A DNA stretch of 64,000 nucleotides from NCBI GenBank assembly GCA_951406725.2, contig OX597817.1:155248001-155312000 (forward strand), written 5' to 3'. This document shows, piece by piece, positions 24,188 through 37,576 of the stretch. The notes below the pieces were generated by a model that was not told the DNA's origin, did not search any database, and saw nothing but the letters and a program-made list of their open reading frames with translations. The stretch is from Octopus vulgaris. Taxonomy: Eukaryota. How positions within the stretch are numbered: position 1 is the first letter of the stretch; each line of letters opens with the position of its first letter. A program made the position numbers and the translations under genes.

Positions 24188-24329
24188 TGTGGCTTTTCAA
24201 AGGTCACCTGCATAGTAATGAGACATTATGAATCGTTGCTTCCAGTTACATGTTTTACATTAGCTACAGACATCAATTCTTTCTACATACGCTTTCAGAA
24301 CTGCTATAACAAATTACAATACAACAGTT

Positions 24330-24860
24330 TCCATGTACATGGCTGTTTTGTACATCACATCCACAACACTGTACATGGCTACACATAGGTGGCTGACAGT
24401 GTTTATCATACAGACTGCACATGGCTACAGTATATATATATCACTTATTTCATACATGGCTACATTGTACATCACGCACATTGTACATGCTTACATTGCA
24501 CATCATATACATCATGCATGGTTACAGTGTATGTCACACCCGCTATATGTCACTAACACTGTATCCACTGTACACCATACAGACCATACGTGAATACACT
24601 GTACATCACACACACTGTATGTAGCTATACATCACATCCTATACATCACATCCACTACATGTAGCTACACAGTACATACATACTATATATGGCTTATGTT
24701 ACACATTGCTACAGTGTACATCACACGATGTGAGGCTGCACTGTACACATTCTACATCACACACATATTGTATGTACTACACTGTAAATTACATATATAT
24801 TTCATAGCAACACTATATATATTTAACCATCACTATACAAGGCTATACTGCACAACTTTT
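24330..24860. repeat. Cryptic degenerate minisatellite
   Basis: Recurring acatggcta / ctgtacatcaca words. Confidence 0.6.
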
Positions 24861-26026
24861 TTTCCCCTTTATGTGCTATAAGTTTGAAAAAAAAATTCAA
24901 AATTTATTGAGAAAGACTTCTTGACCTAACCAGATCTAAAACTTACCAAGAAACTGCATCAGTAAGTACCAGTGACACTTACAATATGGAACATAACAAA
25001 CAGAAAACTAAGCTCTGACAGGAGGGGCACATTTGATAATGTAGTCCTAGATACATTGTGTATGAATAAAAGATGGCATGGTTACGGCTGCAACAACTTT
25101 GATCACAGGCCTACTTGATCAAAGTTGACCTAGTGTTAGACAACTACTTGAATCTGTATTCTGATATCTGAATATTCATAACAAGATTTAGCCTAGTCAT
25201 GTGAACCAGTTTGGACATGTGTCTCACATTCACATAAAGCCTAGCTTAATAATGTCCACAAGTTGATAGATATGCCACTAAATTGAAAGATTAAACCAAG
25301 GGTGTATGTTAAGCCTACAAGATTGTTTACTAATCATCCAAATTGATATCATCATTATTGTTGTTAGAGTCCAGCCTACAATATTTATGAGGGTTGGATA
25401 GGTTAGCAGTTTGGCAAATCCATCATCATCTTGTCCATGAGGCTCAGCAATGTGTGATGTGATCTCACATTTCTGAGATCAACCACCTGCCTAGACCCTG
25501 TCTTAAATTCTTTATTTAATCTCCAGAATTAAACGAGCAAACTATATAAGCTCAATCTTGGAGCATCTAAAAGTCATTAGAGAATCCCGCTTCTTCCCCA
25601 ACGGATTAATTAAAAATTTAAAAAGAAATTCATGTCCAAACTAATCCAGTTGTCTTTCATACAGTTAAGATGATATTTTTAAGCTTTCCATTACCATATT
25701 TCTGTTGAAATACGACAGGCTCTCCCACTGAAGATGACATATGAGTATTCAGCTTTTGCTGAACAACCTCCACAAATGGTTTGTTTATAGTGATCAAATG
25801 TATGTACTATCGACACTGCCCAAACGGATGCACAGTGTACGTGTCAGAAGTGGAAGTGATCGTTGAGCAACATGAGACAAAGTGTTTTGCTCAAGAACAC
25901 AATCTAGGAATCGAAACCACAATCTCAGGATTGTGAGTGCAACACCCTAACCACAAGGCCATGCATGTGTTTCAATTCATTTTGAAAATAATGAAGAATG
26001 TAGTGAAATGACTTTACCATTATTAA

Positions 26027-26248
26027 CCCTTTCATTACCAACCTGGCTGAAACCACCTCTGGCTCTCTAGTACAAATGTCTTGTTTTCAAAAGTTTTGAA
26101 TTAAAATCTTCCACCAAACCTTAGCCACAATTTATGTTCCTAACGCTAGCTTAATGATAGCTAAATTATTTTACTAAATTCTTTGTTATATTTTAGATTA
26201 ATTGAAAGAAACACAGAGCATCTCAAAATAAATACAGTAACGAAAGGG
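26027..26248. mobile_element. piggyBac-type MITE, family 2 (nested in an older related MITE)
   Basis: TTAA|CCCTTTC...GAAAGGG|TTAA. Confidence 0.85.
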
Positions 26249-26369
26249 TTAAGCTAATGTTTGGAACATAAATTAAGATGAAATTTTCCCATAAGCTTTT
26301 AATATACTTTGAAACAAGAAATTTGAATCATTGAACAAGAGACAATCTTTCAGGCAGGTTGGTATCAAA

Positions 26370-26761
26370 TGTGGAGGCGCCGCAATGGCCCAGTGGTTAG
26401 GGCAGCGGACTCGCGGTCGTAGGATCGTGGTTTCAATTCCCAGACCGGGCGTTGTGAGTGTTTATTGAGCGAAAACACCTAAAGCTCCACGAGGCTCCGG
26501 CAGGGGATGGTGGTGATCCCTGCTGTACTCTTTCACCACAACTTTCTCTCACTCTTACTTCCTGTTTCTGTTGTACCTGTATTTCAAAGGGCCGGCCTTG
26601 TCACTCTCTGTGTCACGCTGAATATCCCCGAGAACTACGTTAGGGGGAAAACGGGTCTGTGGAGTGCTCAGCCACTTACACGTTAATTTCATGAGCAGGT
26701 TGTTCCGTTGATTGGATCAACCGGAACCCTCATCGTCGTAACCGACGGAGTGCTTCCATCC
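26370..26761 (+). mobile_element. SINE family B, full length
   Basis: tRNA head through to ...accgacggagtgcttcca. Confidence 0.9.
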
Positions 26762-26947
26762 ATCAAAAGTGTTAATGCCAAATCATTCACTCATTCCGCT
26801 TGTTCTCTACTTCCCATGCAGGTTAACATTACATATTCAATAGAACAGATTCAACTCATTTCTCTCCAGTTTCTGCAGGTCTTCTACATTTAGTGCTTAC
26901 TATCTCACTACCATTCATTTATGCAAGCTTCGTTGGCAACAGTTTAA

Positions 26948-27158
26948 CCCTATTTCTGTTGAGATGCTCTGTGTTTCTTTCAATTCATTTTAAATATAAC
27001 AAAGAATTTAGTAAAATAACTTAGTTATTATTAAGCAAGTGTTAGGAACATAAATTGTGACTAAGGTTTGGTGTAAGATTTTAATTCTGAACTTTTGAAA
27101 ACAAGACAGTTGTACTACAGATCCAGAGGTGGTTTCAGGCAGGTTGGTATCAAAAGGG
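26948..27158. mobile_element. piggyBac-type MITE, family 2
   Basis: TTAA|CCC...GGG|TTAA. Confidence 0.8.
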
Positions 27159-29379
27159 TTAAATAAGTAAACCAGCAATAGTATTTCCCATTAACAGGTT
27201 GTACACCAAGTTTGAGTAGCAACTGTCAGTAACAAATTAACATTATCAATTGGTTCCTTATTTGTACAGAGATATTTCTTGAATCTTGGCAGCTGACTTA
27301 CACCAATAACCGATTCCTGGAACTGAACCAACAATTATCATTTTGCAGCTTATATAACATGAATATGTATGACTTTCATGCAGCCATCATGTGTTATACA
27401 CACACACACACACAAAAGTATGTATGTATAATCTGTTCCTAAAATAACTAAGAGCTAAAAAAGCACTGAATTTATTAACTAACAATTCATAAGACGTATC
27501 ATAAATCATACTGTTTATTTCAAATCCATTTTCATAATCTCTACATTAAACCATTTTGTTGTTCTCAAATGTATTTTCAACATCTAAAACGTTCATTATC
27601 TCTCTCTCTGTATATATAAAGGTCACTCCCTATCTTTCTATCAGGAAAACCTGCAAAGGTCATGGACATGGCTCCCACCGCTCCTCAAACTAACTTATAA
27701 AAAAAAACATCAACAAAATAATTGATATATCAGTACATTCTTCTCAAATATACATATCTTTTATTAAACTTTTAATACTTTTGATATATTAAAAAAAATT
27801 TTTTTTAAATAAATAAATAAATAAATAAATTGATTAATTAATAAAATAATATATAAATATAAAAATACACATACATATATATATATTTGTATATATATAT
27901 AAAATTTATAAGTTTAAATTATTTAAATAATTTTTTATTTTTAACTTTTATATTTTAAATTAATTTTATATATTGGCTTATGTTTTTCACTGTTTGATTT
28001 GCCTAGTAGTGGTTTTATCTCTAATTTAATATAATATATATATAAATTTTTATGTATGCATATCTGCTAGCATGCACGTAAACATTGATATTGCCAGTAG
28101 TGCTTGGATTTCTGTTGATTTGAACACACTTGTGTTAAGTGAAGTGCTGCCAAGCGCATACGAAAAGTCTGCTCCTCATATCAGGACTGGCCTCTGCAGA
28201 AAGCCAACTTTTTTCACTTCTGCATCAATCTAGTTCTACTGTCTTTCATGCTCTACACTTGTACATTTGCGTTTAATGACTTCTGGTCATTCTGCCAAGC
28301 TTGCTATTGGGATTTAGTGAGGATGAGCAGAGAGTGAGAAAAGCTGCAACACAAGGCCATTTCCATTAATAAAACTAGTGAAGAGATCACAGAGGCATTC
28401 TAGATGGAATGAATTAACAGCAGTCCTCACAAGACATGATACTACACTATACATAAGAATGTGTGTGTGTGTGTGCATGTGCGTGTGTGCGTGTGTGTGT
28501 GTGTGTGAGAGAGTGTGTGTGTGGATACAACCACAAAATGCTAATTTAAAAGAAAATATTTGAAAATGGGTTTTCAGCAATATTCTTGGGAGGAAATGGA
28601 GAATAATAACACAGAGGCCATCTGAGTATTTCCAGGAACAACCTTTCAGTAAGCTTCTGACTAGTAAGTTCTGTACTAGCTATACTATTATCCTCTACTA
28701 TCTAACCAAGACAGATAATGATACAATAGAATGGAGGTTTAGAACTGTAAAAGCTAAGTAACTGATCTCGAAGAAGTAAAAGAAAGCAGGTCATGATACA
28801 AAGTAACTACATAGAAACCAAGCTACCATGTGTTCCTTGTCCAGAGAAAATCTAAGAGATGGGTCCTATGAGAATGAGAGGTGTTGAGGTACTCTGATGT
28901 GAATTGCAAAGCATTGTGTTTATGTGAATGGAGATGTTATCAGAGTCCAAATCAACACTGGTGCACTTAACCCTCTCCTGACAGTGAAGAGAGACACAGG
29001 AATGTTCCTATGGGAGGTTGAGAAGGAAGAATGGTTTAGTGAAAGACTTAGGTTGAACGAATAAAGGAAACTATTAAGGTCAGTTTCAGCATTGTTGAGG
29101 GAAAAAAAAAATGAAGATAGAGAATGAAGCTGAGATTATAGTCAGGATCTATGTAGGTCACATCAACAATCTGACAAGGGGAAGAATAGCACAGCACAGG
29201 GGAGCAATCCTGTGTACTAATACAAAGTATGGATTCACATATGGAATACAGTGAGTCAAAAAAAAAGTGATATACTCTCTACTCTCTCCTTTACTTGTTT
29301 CAGTCATTTGACTGTGGCCATGCTGGAGCACCGTCTTTAGTCGAGCAAATCGACTCCAGTACTTATTCTTTGTAAGAAT

Positions 29380-29554
29380 ATAGGAGGATCACTTAATTAT
29401 GATTTTATTCAACATATTCCACTCTCAAATTCACACACTTACTGCAGTGGTCCTTCAGTTACTCTAATCCCTCTAAAAGAACTTGGAAGGTTGGGTTTCC
29501 AACCAGGACTTTTGCGATACCCTTAAAGCCAGGAACTTTTCAGTAACTCTCATA
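29380..29554. mobile_element. Short mariner-type MITE relic
   Basis: Ends cccttaaagccaggaacttttcagtaactctcata, resembling a mariner terminus plus TA. Confidence 0.4.
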
Positions 29555-29569
29555 ATATATATACATACA

Positions 29570-30483
29570 TCTATATATATAAAACTGTAGTTGTGTGAGT
29601 GTCTGTCCCCTTCAATTTAGATTCCTAACTACTCCCACATTTTGCGGTGCAGTTTAACCAAATTCGGGTATCTTATAGTCGTGATTCATATCGAGCCCGT
29701 CTGAGTATTAGAGCGCGTCTACGATGAGTCTACGATTTTAAAAATAATTTAACATAATTTTTTATTCCATTTTAATGCATAATTTTTCGTGTGTCGATGG
29801 CGGCGGAGTTGGCGTCCACGCTCAAACACCTGCACCTGTGTTTGCTTCTCCCCCTTCTTCCCTCCCTCGTGAAGCTGTGGGGAAGGGAGTTTAAGGAAAT
29901 CAACGTCGTAATGCGTTGTCAAGGAGACCAGCGTTCTTTTAGAACAACAACTTCATGGCTTGAAGACACCAAAACAGAAATGGCTAAGAAAGCCCGAATT
30001 GGCATCTATAAGGGAAGTAACTCTCTAAAAATGCTTATATAGTTATTTCCCTTACAAACCCGAGCAACGCCGGGCGATACTGCTAGTCTTTATATATAAA
30101 AGTAAGGTTGTGTGTCTGTCTCCTACGATTTAGATTCCAAACTACTCCCACATTTTGCGGTGCAGTTTAACCAAAACCGGGTATCTTATAGTCGTGATTC
30201 ATATCAAGCCCTTCTGGGTATTAGCGCGCGTCTACGATGAGTCTACGATTTAAAAAAAAATAAACCATCATTTTTTTCCATTTTAATGCATTATTTCGCT
30301 ATTATATAAGGGAAGTAACTCTCTAAAAATGTCTACGATGAGTCAACGATTTAAAAAAAAATTTACCATCATTTTTTTCCATTTTTAATGCATTTTTTTG
30401 CTATTTTTTGGCTATAACTCTCTAAAAATGCTTATATAGTTATTTCCCTTACAAACCCGAGCAACGCCGGGCGATACTGCTAG
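29570..30483 (+). mobile_element. Two head-to-tail non-autonomous Helitrons (29570-30086, 30087-30483)
   Basis: Each starts TC and ends cccgagcaacgccggg-cgatactgCTAG; junction CTAG|TC; outer flanks A and T. Confidence 0.9.
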
Positions 30484-30502
30484 TATATATATATATATAT
30501 AT

Positions 30503-31533
30503 TTCGTTGTGCTTATTGTCCTGTATCTCCTTTTTTTTTTGCCTGTCTTGTTCCTTGGTTTGTGTCTATGTTTTTCGTCTCTCTATGTGTTCGACGTCTT
30601 TTTGGTGTCCTGTACACATATATGCGTGTATATGTACATGTAGAGGTAGGTACGTACATATATGTTTATATATATGCATATATTTTATTAACATATTATA
30701 CGACTAAACGCACGCACCCTATTAAGTAAGATTGTTCTGTTTATCAAGTTCGCCTTGATATTAACTCTCACGCGACTCTGCATCTTTCTTTCTTTCTCTC
30801 CCATTCCCTTTTTCTTCTTTTTTCCCTCACTTAACTTGTCTCTTCCTCTCTCTCTCCCCCTCACTGTTCTTCATGGTCTCCTCGCACCATTCCCCTTCTT
30901 CTCTCTCTTCCTCTTGCTCCTCCTCCCCCATTCCCGTCGTCCATCTGCGACGATACTTCCGTCGTAACTGCTATCCTGTCCTTTCTCGCCCGCCTTCTAA
31001 GGCCACTGGTCGACATCTTCCTCTCTCGTCGTCCACTATAATCCAGCGTTTGCAATACTTTTTTCGTCTGGCGTTAACAGCCCTTCTTATCTTGTTCTCC
31101 TTGTCCTGTCTCTCACTGTTATATATTTATTTTTCCACTGTTTATATATATATTTTTTACTGTTTATATGTTTGTACTGTCGTTACCGTCTTGCTTTTTT
31201 TACCCCTCTGCGAAAAGATCTCAGAATTTTAATTGATTTGCTTTTCGAAGGAAGGAATTTTTCATTCGAAGTATACGTCTCGCTTTTATCCTTCGAAACG
31301 TTTAGTAGATGAAACTTTAGCGACTGAAGAAGGGGATTTTTCGTTGTGCTTATTGTCCTGTATCTCCTTTTTTTTTTTTTTGCCTGTCTTGTTCCTTGGT
31401 TTGTGTCTATGTTTTTCGTCTCTCTATGTGTTCGACGTCTTTTTGGTGTCCTGTACACATATATGCGTGTATATGTACATGTAGAGGTAGGTACGTACAT
31501 ATATGTTTATATATATGCATATATTTTATTAAC

Positions 31534-31536
<3 letters not shown>
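30503..31536. mobile_element. Non-coding element with ~195-bp near-identical terminal direct repeats in (TA)n (Penelope-like pseudo-LTR type, inferred)
   Basis: 30503-30697 equals 31340-31536 except for poly-T length; no TG..CA ends, PBS or recognisable ORF; CpG-rich. Confidence 0.65.
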
Positions 31537-31599
<63 letters not shown>

Positions 31600-31607
<8 letters not shown>

Positions 31608-32311
31608 AGAAAGCTAAACTTCCTTATCAAGTTTCAACATGCTTCTGCCTGGTGGCAAATTCAAATATACATATATAAAAAGAGAGGGAGATAGAAAACG
31701 ACTATTTCCTTGCATGTTGAAAGAAATAGATGCTTTACTGAAACATCTATAATTCACCTTGGTACGAAAAAAGCTATCAGCAGGCGAGATGAACAGAATA
31801 ATTTTTGGAAAATTACTGTGAGTTAACAGTGTACTATAGTTTTGGGTTTAACATACAAATTAGATAAATTGATTTTTAATAGATTAAATAAATTTAAATT
31901 TGTCAAGTATGACCTTCTTCAGCACTATCCCTCCATATTTACGAAAAAAATACGAATAATTTAAAAAAATTACCTTATTTGTCCACAGCCATTTGAATTT
32001 CAAGGTATAAAATGATTTCAAAACAAGAATTATAGAGGTTTCATTAAAGTATCTATTTTTTCAACATGCAAGGAAAGTCATTTTCTATCTCCCTCTCTTT
32101 TTATATACTCTTTACTCTTTTACTCTTTTACTTGTTTCAGTCATTTGACTGCGGCCATGCTGGAGCACCGCCTTTAATCGAGCAACTCGACCCCGGCACT
32201 TATTCTTTTGTAAGCCCAGTACTTATTCTATCGGTCTCTTTTTGCCGAACCGCTAAGTAACGGGGACATAAACACACCAGCATCGGTTGTCAAGCAATGC
32301 TAGGGGGACAA

Positions 32312-32342
<31 letters not shown>

Positions 32343-32912
32343 CATATATACGACAGGCTTCTTTCAGTTTCCGTCTACCAAATCCACTCACAAGGCTTTG
32401 GTTGGCCCGAGGCTATAGTAGAAGACACTTGCCCAAGGTGCCACGCAGTGGGACTGAACCCAGAACCATGTGGTTGGTAAACAAGCTACTTACCACACAG
32501 CCACTCTTAATTTGCCACCAGGCAGAAGCATGTTGAAACTTGATAAGGAAGTTTAGCTTTCTTTCACTCATGTTTTGAAATAATTTTATACCATGAAATT
32601 TGAATGGTTATGGACAAATAAGGTAATTTTTTAAAATTATTCGTATTTTTTTCATAAATATGGAGGGATAGTGCTGAAGAAGGTTATACTTGACAAATTT
32701 AAATTTATCTAATTTTTTTAAAATCAATTTATTTAATTTGCAACTCAAAACTATAGTACACTATTAACACAGTAATTTTAAGAAACTTATTCTGTTTGTC
32801 ACACCTGCTGATAGCTTTTTTCATATCAAGGTGAATTATAGATGTTTCATTAAAACATCTATTTTACAACATGCAAAGAAATAGTCGTTTTCTATCTCCC
32901 TCTCTTTATATA
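31600..32912. repeat. Complex inverted duplication around a family A SINE (32108-32506, minus strand)
   Basis: 31600-31661 inverted at 32509-32570; 31670-32025 inverted at 32571-32912; 31670-31752 also inverted at 32027-32107. Confidence 0.85.
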
Positions 32913-33444
32913 TATATATATATATATATATATCAAAAGGATGTGTTATATTACTATTCCACAGCCATACCAACAATCCAATAATACTAATCTACATAAA
33001 CAAAAACTGCCATTCCAACAATCCAACATATTTCCATCATCAGCTGCCTCACAGATATCATTATGGTTTTGACACCCGGGTAGTACCATTGAATCTGGTG
33101 GTAACAACACCACTAAAACATGTGTTGTTTGGGAACAAACAAACAAACCAAAGAAACCCTAACCCAAATACATTTACCCAATGTACAACCGTATCGATAA
33201 ATAAATTCCATAAGTAAATTACAACCCCTCCTAAATACATAACTAAACAGCATCAACTCTATTAAGTCATAAAAAATTATAATCCCTACCGTCTTCCATA
33301 GTGTAATATAAAGGTAAAGCTTAATAACCACATTATTTCAATCAATCAATCAATATATAGGCAGGATTAAACTCTAACCGTACTAAAACTACAAAAGACA
33401 TTTAAACCAATGTACATTGTATCGGTATCAATAATAAACTGCAA

Positions 33445-33491
<47 letters not shown>

Positions 33492-33799
33492 GTGAGAGTG
33501 AGTATACATAAGTATATTTAGATAGACAGATGGATAGAAAGATGAATGGATGGACGCATGGATGGATGGACACATGGATGAATGGACACACAGATGGATG
33601 GATGCCCAGATGCACAGAAGCAAGGATGGATGGACGCATGGGTGGACAGATGCACAGATGGACAGATAGATAGATACAGAGAAGAGAAGAGGAAATACAG
33701 AAATGCCAATTATCAGTATCAACAATATGGTCAAAGGAAGATACTTCAGGGGAGCAGTTTGCATATTAAATTCAAATACGATAGGGTTTTAAACATATA

Positions 33800-34325
33800 A
33801 AACAATGCGTTGAAAGACTTTGGGTAAGTTTAATAGTGTCTAATAGACACTAGTTAGTCATCTGCTGTCTGTATGAGGAAGTTTGTGTGTTTTGTGAAGG
33901 TGTGGGAAACTTGTGTAGATATAGGTTGAAAAGAGTGGGTGAGAGGCTAAATATACAGGACAAACTGGTTAATTAGATAGAACAGAAAGGTGTTATTCCA
34001 GACAACTGGTGTATATTGTTAAGTATTAAAAGCGAAAAAAAAGGGATGCATAAGAGACAAGCAATTAGACAAACCTCAAACTCCTGGATAAAGGCTTAAA
34101 AATAGTTGAAAGAGTTTTAGTGAAGTTAGTTCAAGATAAAGTTTGCTTGAATAAGAGGGGATATCTGAGTTTCTGTCAGGCTTTAGTTCTCTACTTAGTA
34201 TTCATTGTTCCGGGGAAATAATTTTAAAGGTGTGGGTGATATGGAGACTAAGTGTAGCTGAATAACTTGTAGGAGTTCTACAAAGTGTGTTTGAAGGTGC
34301 AGTTGGCAGAGTTAATGTTGCCCAT
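33800..34325 (-). pseudogene. Highly degraded LINE reverse transcriptase relic
   Basis: LSPTLFNLYLH readable at ~33915-33947. Confidence 0.45.
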
Positions 34326-34351
34326 AAAATTTTGTAAAGAATTTAGTAAAC

Positions 34352-34730
34352 CAGTGGGTGCAACAGCTCCATTTCCATAGAAGTTTATGACTCATCATCT
34401 TGGGAATTTTATATACAAAAGACCATATGGCCCTTGGAAGTCCATTATAAGATTTTGTTGTGAAAATTTATCTGCAATAAATTGGTTATACTTGTACAAT
34501 ACACAAAATATTTTTACGAATTTTTTTATACAATTTCTAATAACATTTAATTATAAAAATATAATAAGTTTTCTTAAACATAAAATGGTTAAGATTTTTT
34601 TATACAGTTCCTAGTATGAAATTATAGAAATATAATAGGATTTTTTAGACATCAAATGGGTAAGTGGGTTCATCAGAATAAACTAGGACTCAAAGGAGGT
34701 CCACAGGTAAAAAATGGTTGAGAAACACTG
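34352..34730. mobile_element. hAT (Charlie-like) MITE, degraded
   Basis: ...ggttgagaaacactg terminus; inverted relative at 48803-49059. Confidence 0.65.
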
Positions 34731-35310
34731 GTGTAGGGTCCAAAGATGTGGCAGTTGAGAAGGGGACATGTTTGATATGTAAAAAGGAACTACATACTGG
34801 CTTCTCAATGTAAAAGGTTCAGTGGGATAAACAGTAGGTTTTCAAGAGTTCTAAATTTAAACCATTAAAATTTCATTTTTTTTTCCCCCGTAGTTTCAGC
34901 TCAGAGCTGCGGCCATGCTGATGCACCACCGTTTTCTTATAACAAGGCCTTGGTCGGCCCAAAGCAATAGTAGAAGACACTTGCCCAAAGTGCCACACAG
35001 TGGGACTGAACCCAGAACCATGTGGTTGGTAAGCAGACTACTTACCACATAGCCACTCCTGCACCTGTTCCAAAAACCAGCTTAATAATGACAAAGTTAT
35101 TTTACTAAATTCTTTATTTTTTTCAAAATGAATTGAAGCAAACACAGTGTATTTCAACAGAAATATGGTAACAAAAGGGTTTATAAGCTGGATACAAGAA
35201 AAGGGTCTAAAAAGAGTTATCCTTTTGTACAAAAGATGGACTGTATGCAGCATATATGAAAAATGTGATGTACAGTGAAATATGGGCAATGAATATGGAA
35301 TATCCACAAA

Positions 35311-35712
35311 GGCGCAGGAGTGGTTGTGTGGTAAGTAGCTTGCTAACCAACCACATGGTTCCGGGTTCAGTCCCACTGCGTGGCATCTTGGGCAAGTGTC
35401 TTCTGCTATAGCCCCGGGCTGACCAATGCCTTGTGAGTGGATTTGGTAGACGGAAACTGAAAGAAGCCCGTCGTATATATGTGTATATATATATATATGT
35501 GTGTGTGTGTTTGTGTATCTGTGTTTGTTCCCCTAGCATTGCTTGACAACCGATGCTGGTGTGTTTACGTCCCCGTCACTTAGCGGTTCGGCAAAAGATA
35601 CCAATAGAATAAGTACTGGGCTTACAAAGAATAAGTCCCGGGGTCGATTTGCTCAACTATTTGCAGCATGGCCGCAGTCTGAAAAGAGTAGAAGAGTAAA
35701 AGAGAGAGAGAG
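35311..35712 (+). mobile_element. SINE family A with a ~30-bp flanking direct repeat
   Basis: 35281-35313 repeated at 35713-35745 with one mismatch. Confidence 0.9.
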
Positions 35713-36724
35713 TATGGACAATGAATATGGAATATCCACAAAGGCTGGAGAGCAATGTAGTGAGTATAACCTACTGAATGTGTAATGTTAGCTGAACACT
35801 AACAAACACAAAGACAGTGTCTGATTATTAAAGATATAAATTGATATGTGCAGTAAAGATGATTATGCTTGTATGGACATGCTATGTGAATGGATGATGA
35901 GAACTGGTTGGATAAATGAAAAAACGCTTTATGCTATAGGTGTGTGTGTGTGTGTGAGGTGGGGGGTTACACATAGAAGAAGATCAGGGAAGACATGGGG
36001 CGAAGAAGTGAGGTCAGATCACAAGATGACGGAGGCTCACAAATGATTAAATTGATTAGCGCAGAGGACACATCCAAATCCTCGCCAGCTTGGTAAACAG
36101 GCATCAAAATGTTGACGAAAGGTTAATGCAAACTTGAATACAAAGCTGGATATTGTTTAATTGTATCAAACAATATGACTAAACAATGTATTAAGTGAAT
36201 ACAATGCTGGCAGTGATATGGCAGCAATGTGTATTTTGGAGAACAACTATGGTATTTATAATCATTCTTTTAGTTTAAGTGCCATAATCCATTTGATTTA
36301 AATGTTTTGGAGAAACACAATGTTATAATAAAAACATTCCTGTTGTCGAAGAATTTGTTAGAAGAGCAGCGACTGAATGAAAATGTATTGTGACAAGCCA
36401 TCACCTCATCAATTATATTTATCATTTATTTATTTATTTATATATTCATTCATTCATTCATTTTGTATGGCAATTTATGAACAATAGCGCCATTGGTTAT
36501 AAGTTTCTAATGGACCAATTACTACAAGGGGCTCCATTTAAGAACATCAGTCTTTCCTTCACAATGTTTACATCTTTGCTGATGATATACAGTGAAAGAT
36601 TATATATATATGTTGAGTGCGTGAGTGTGTACACACACACACACAAACACATACATATTGTTGATGACATACATATGTATGTGTGTATGTGTGTGTATAT
36701 ATATATATATATGTGTATTTATAA

Positions 36725-36757
<33 letters not shown>

Positions 36758-36985
36758 CATACATACACACACACGTGTTTACACACATAAATTGTTGATG
36801 TCATAATATATGTGTATATGTGTGTGTTGAAAATATAAGAAAAGTGAAGTGAAACAATAGATGTTTATTCCATTAGTTTAAAGCTGTTTCATAATCATGT
36901 TACTTATATAATACACATTACATCACCATTCACACACACACATGATGGGCTTTCTGTTTCCAGCTACAAAATCCATTCACAAGCT

Positions 36986-37278
36986 TTCACACCTGCTCCA
37001 GAGCGTCGGCTGCGGGGTCACTCCGAAAAGCTCTATCTGCGACGATTTCATCTCAATCGAAGGAGAGGGGCTTCCTCCGTCCGGGTTGCGGATCCGTGGA
37101 ATAAGCTGCCGGACGAGATAGTGAAGATGCCGACGACCGCTCGGTTCAAAGTCTCTCTTGACCAGAAATGGCCTGAACTCTTTGCATGAACACCCTCCCT
37201 GTACATAATTCCATGTCTCCCTACATGGCCTTGCTTTTTGCTTTTTGAGCCCAAAAATTAACTTAACTTAACTTAACT
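36986..37278 (+). mobile_element. 5'-truncated CR1 LINE 3' end inserted in a family A SINE
   Basis: Frame 36986-37189 reads RLRGHSEKLYLRRFHLNRR..RVADPWNKLPDEIV..FKVSLD; short 3' UTR and (TAACT)n tail. Confidence 0.85.
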
Positions 37279-37532
37279 AGTTGGCCCGGGGCTGTAGTAA
37301 AAACCACTTGCCCATAGTTCTATTCAGTGGAACCAAACCCAGAACCATGTGGTTGGGAAGCAAACTCCTTACAACACAGCCATACCTGTGCCTATAGCAT
37401 ATTTATATATATACCAAAGTATTAATTAGAGAGAGACAAATTTCAAGGTTGATAATACTCCTCGCCAAAGCCAACATATATCAAAACACTGAGGGTATAT
37501 ATAAGCCATTATAAATATGTGAACATATAAAA

Positions 37533-37576
<44 letters not shown>

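Noticed and set aside
26371-26450. tRNA-like sequence with A and B boxes
   Set aside because: SINE head continuing into a repeat body with TSDs; not a tRNA gene
27302-27322. Possible 15/21-nt minus-strand micro-exon with gtaagt donor; 15-bp match to 8876-8890
   Set aside because: Weak pyrimidine tract; such signals arise by chance in 64 kb
28075-28312. GC-richer unique block that looked exon-like
   Set aside because: Stops in the minus-strand frames I tested, no convincing splice pair and no recognisable peptide
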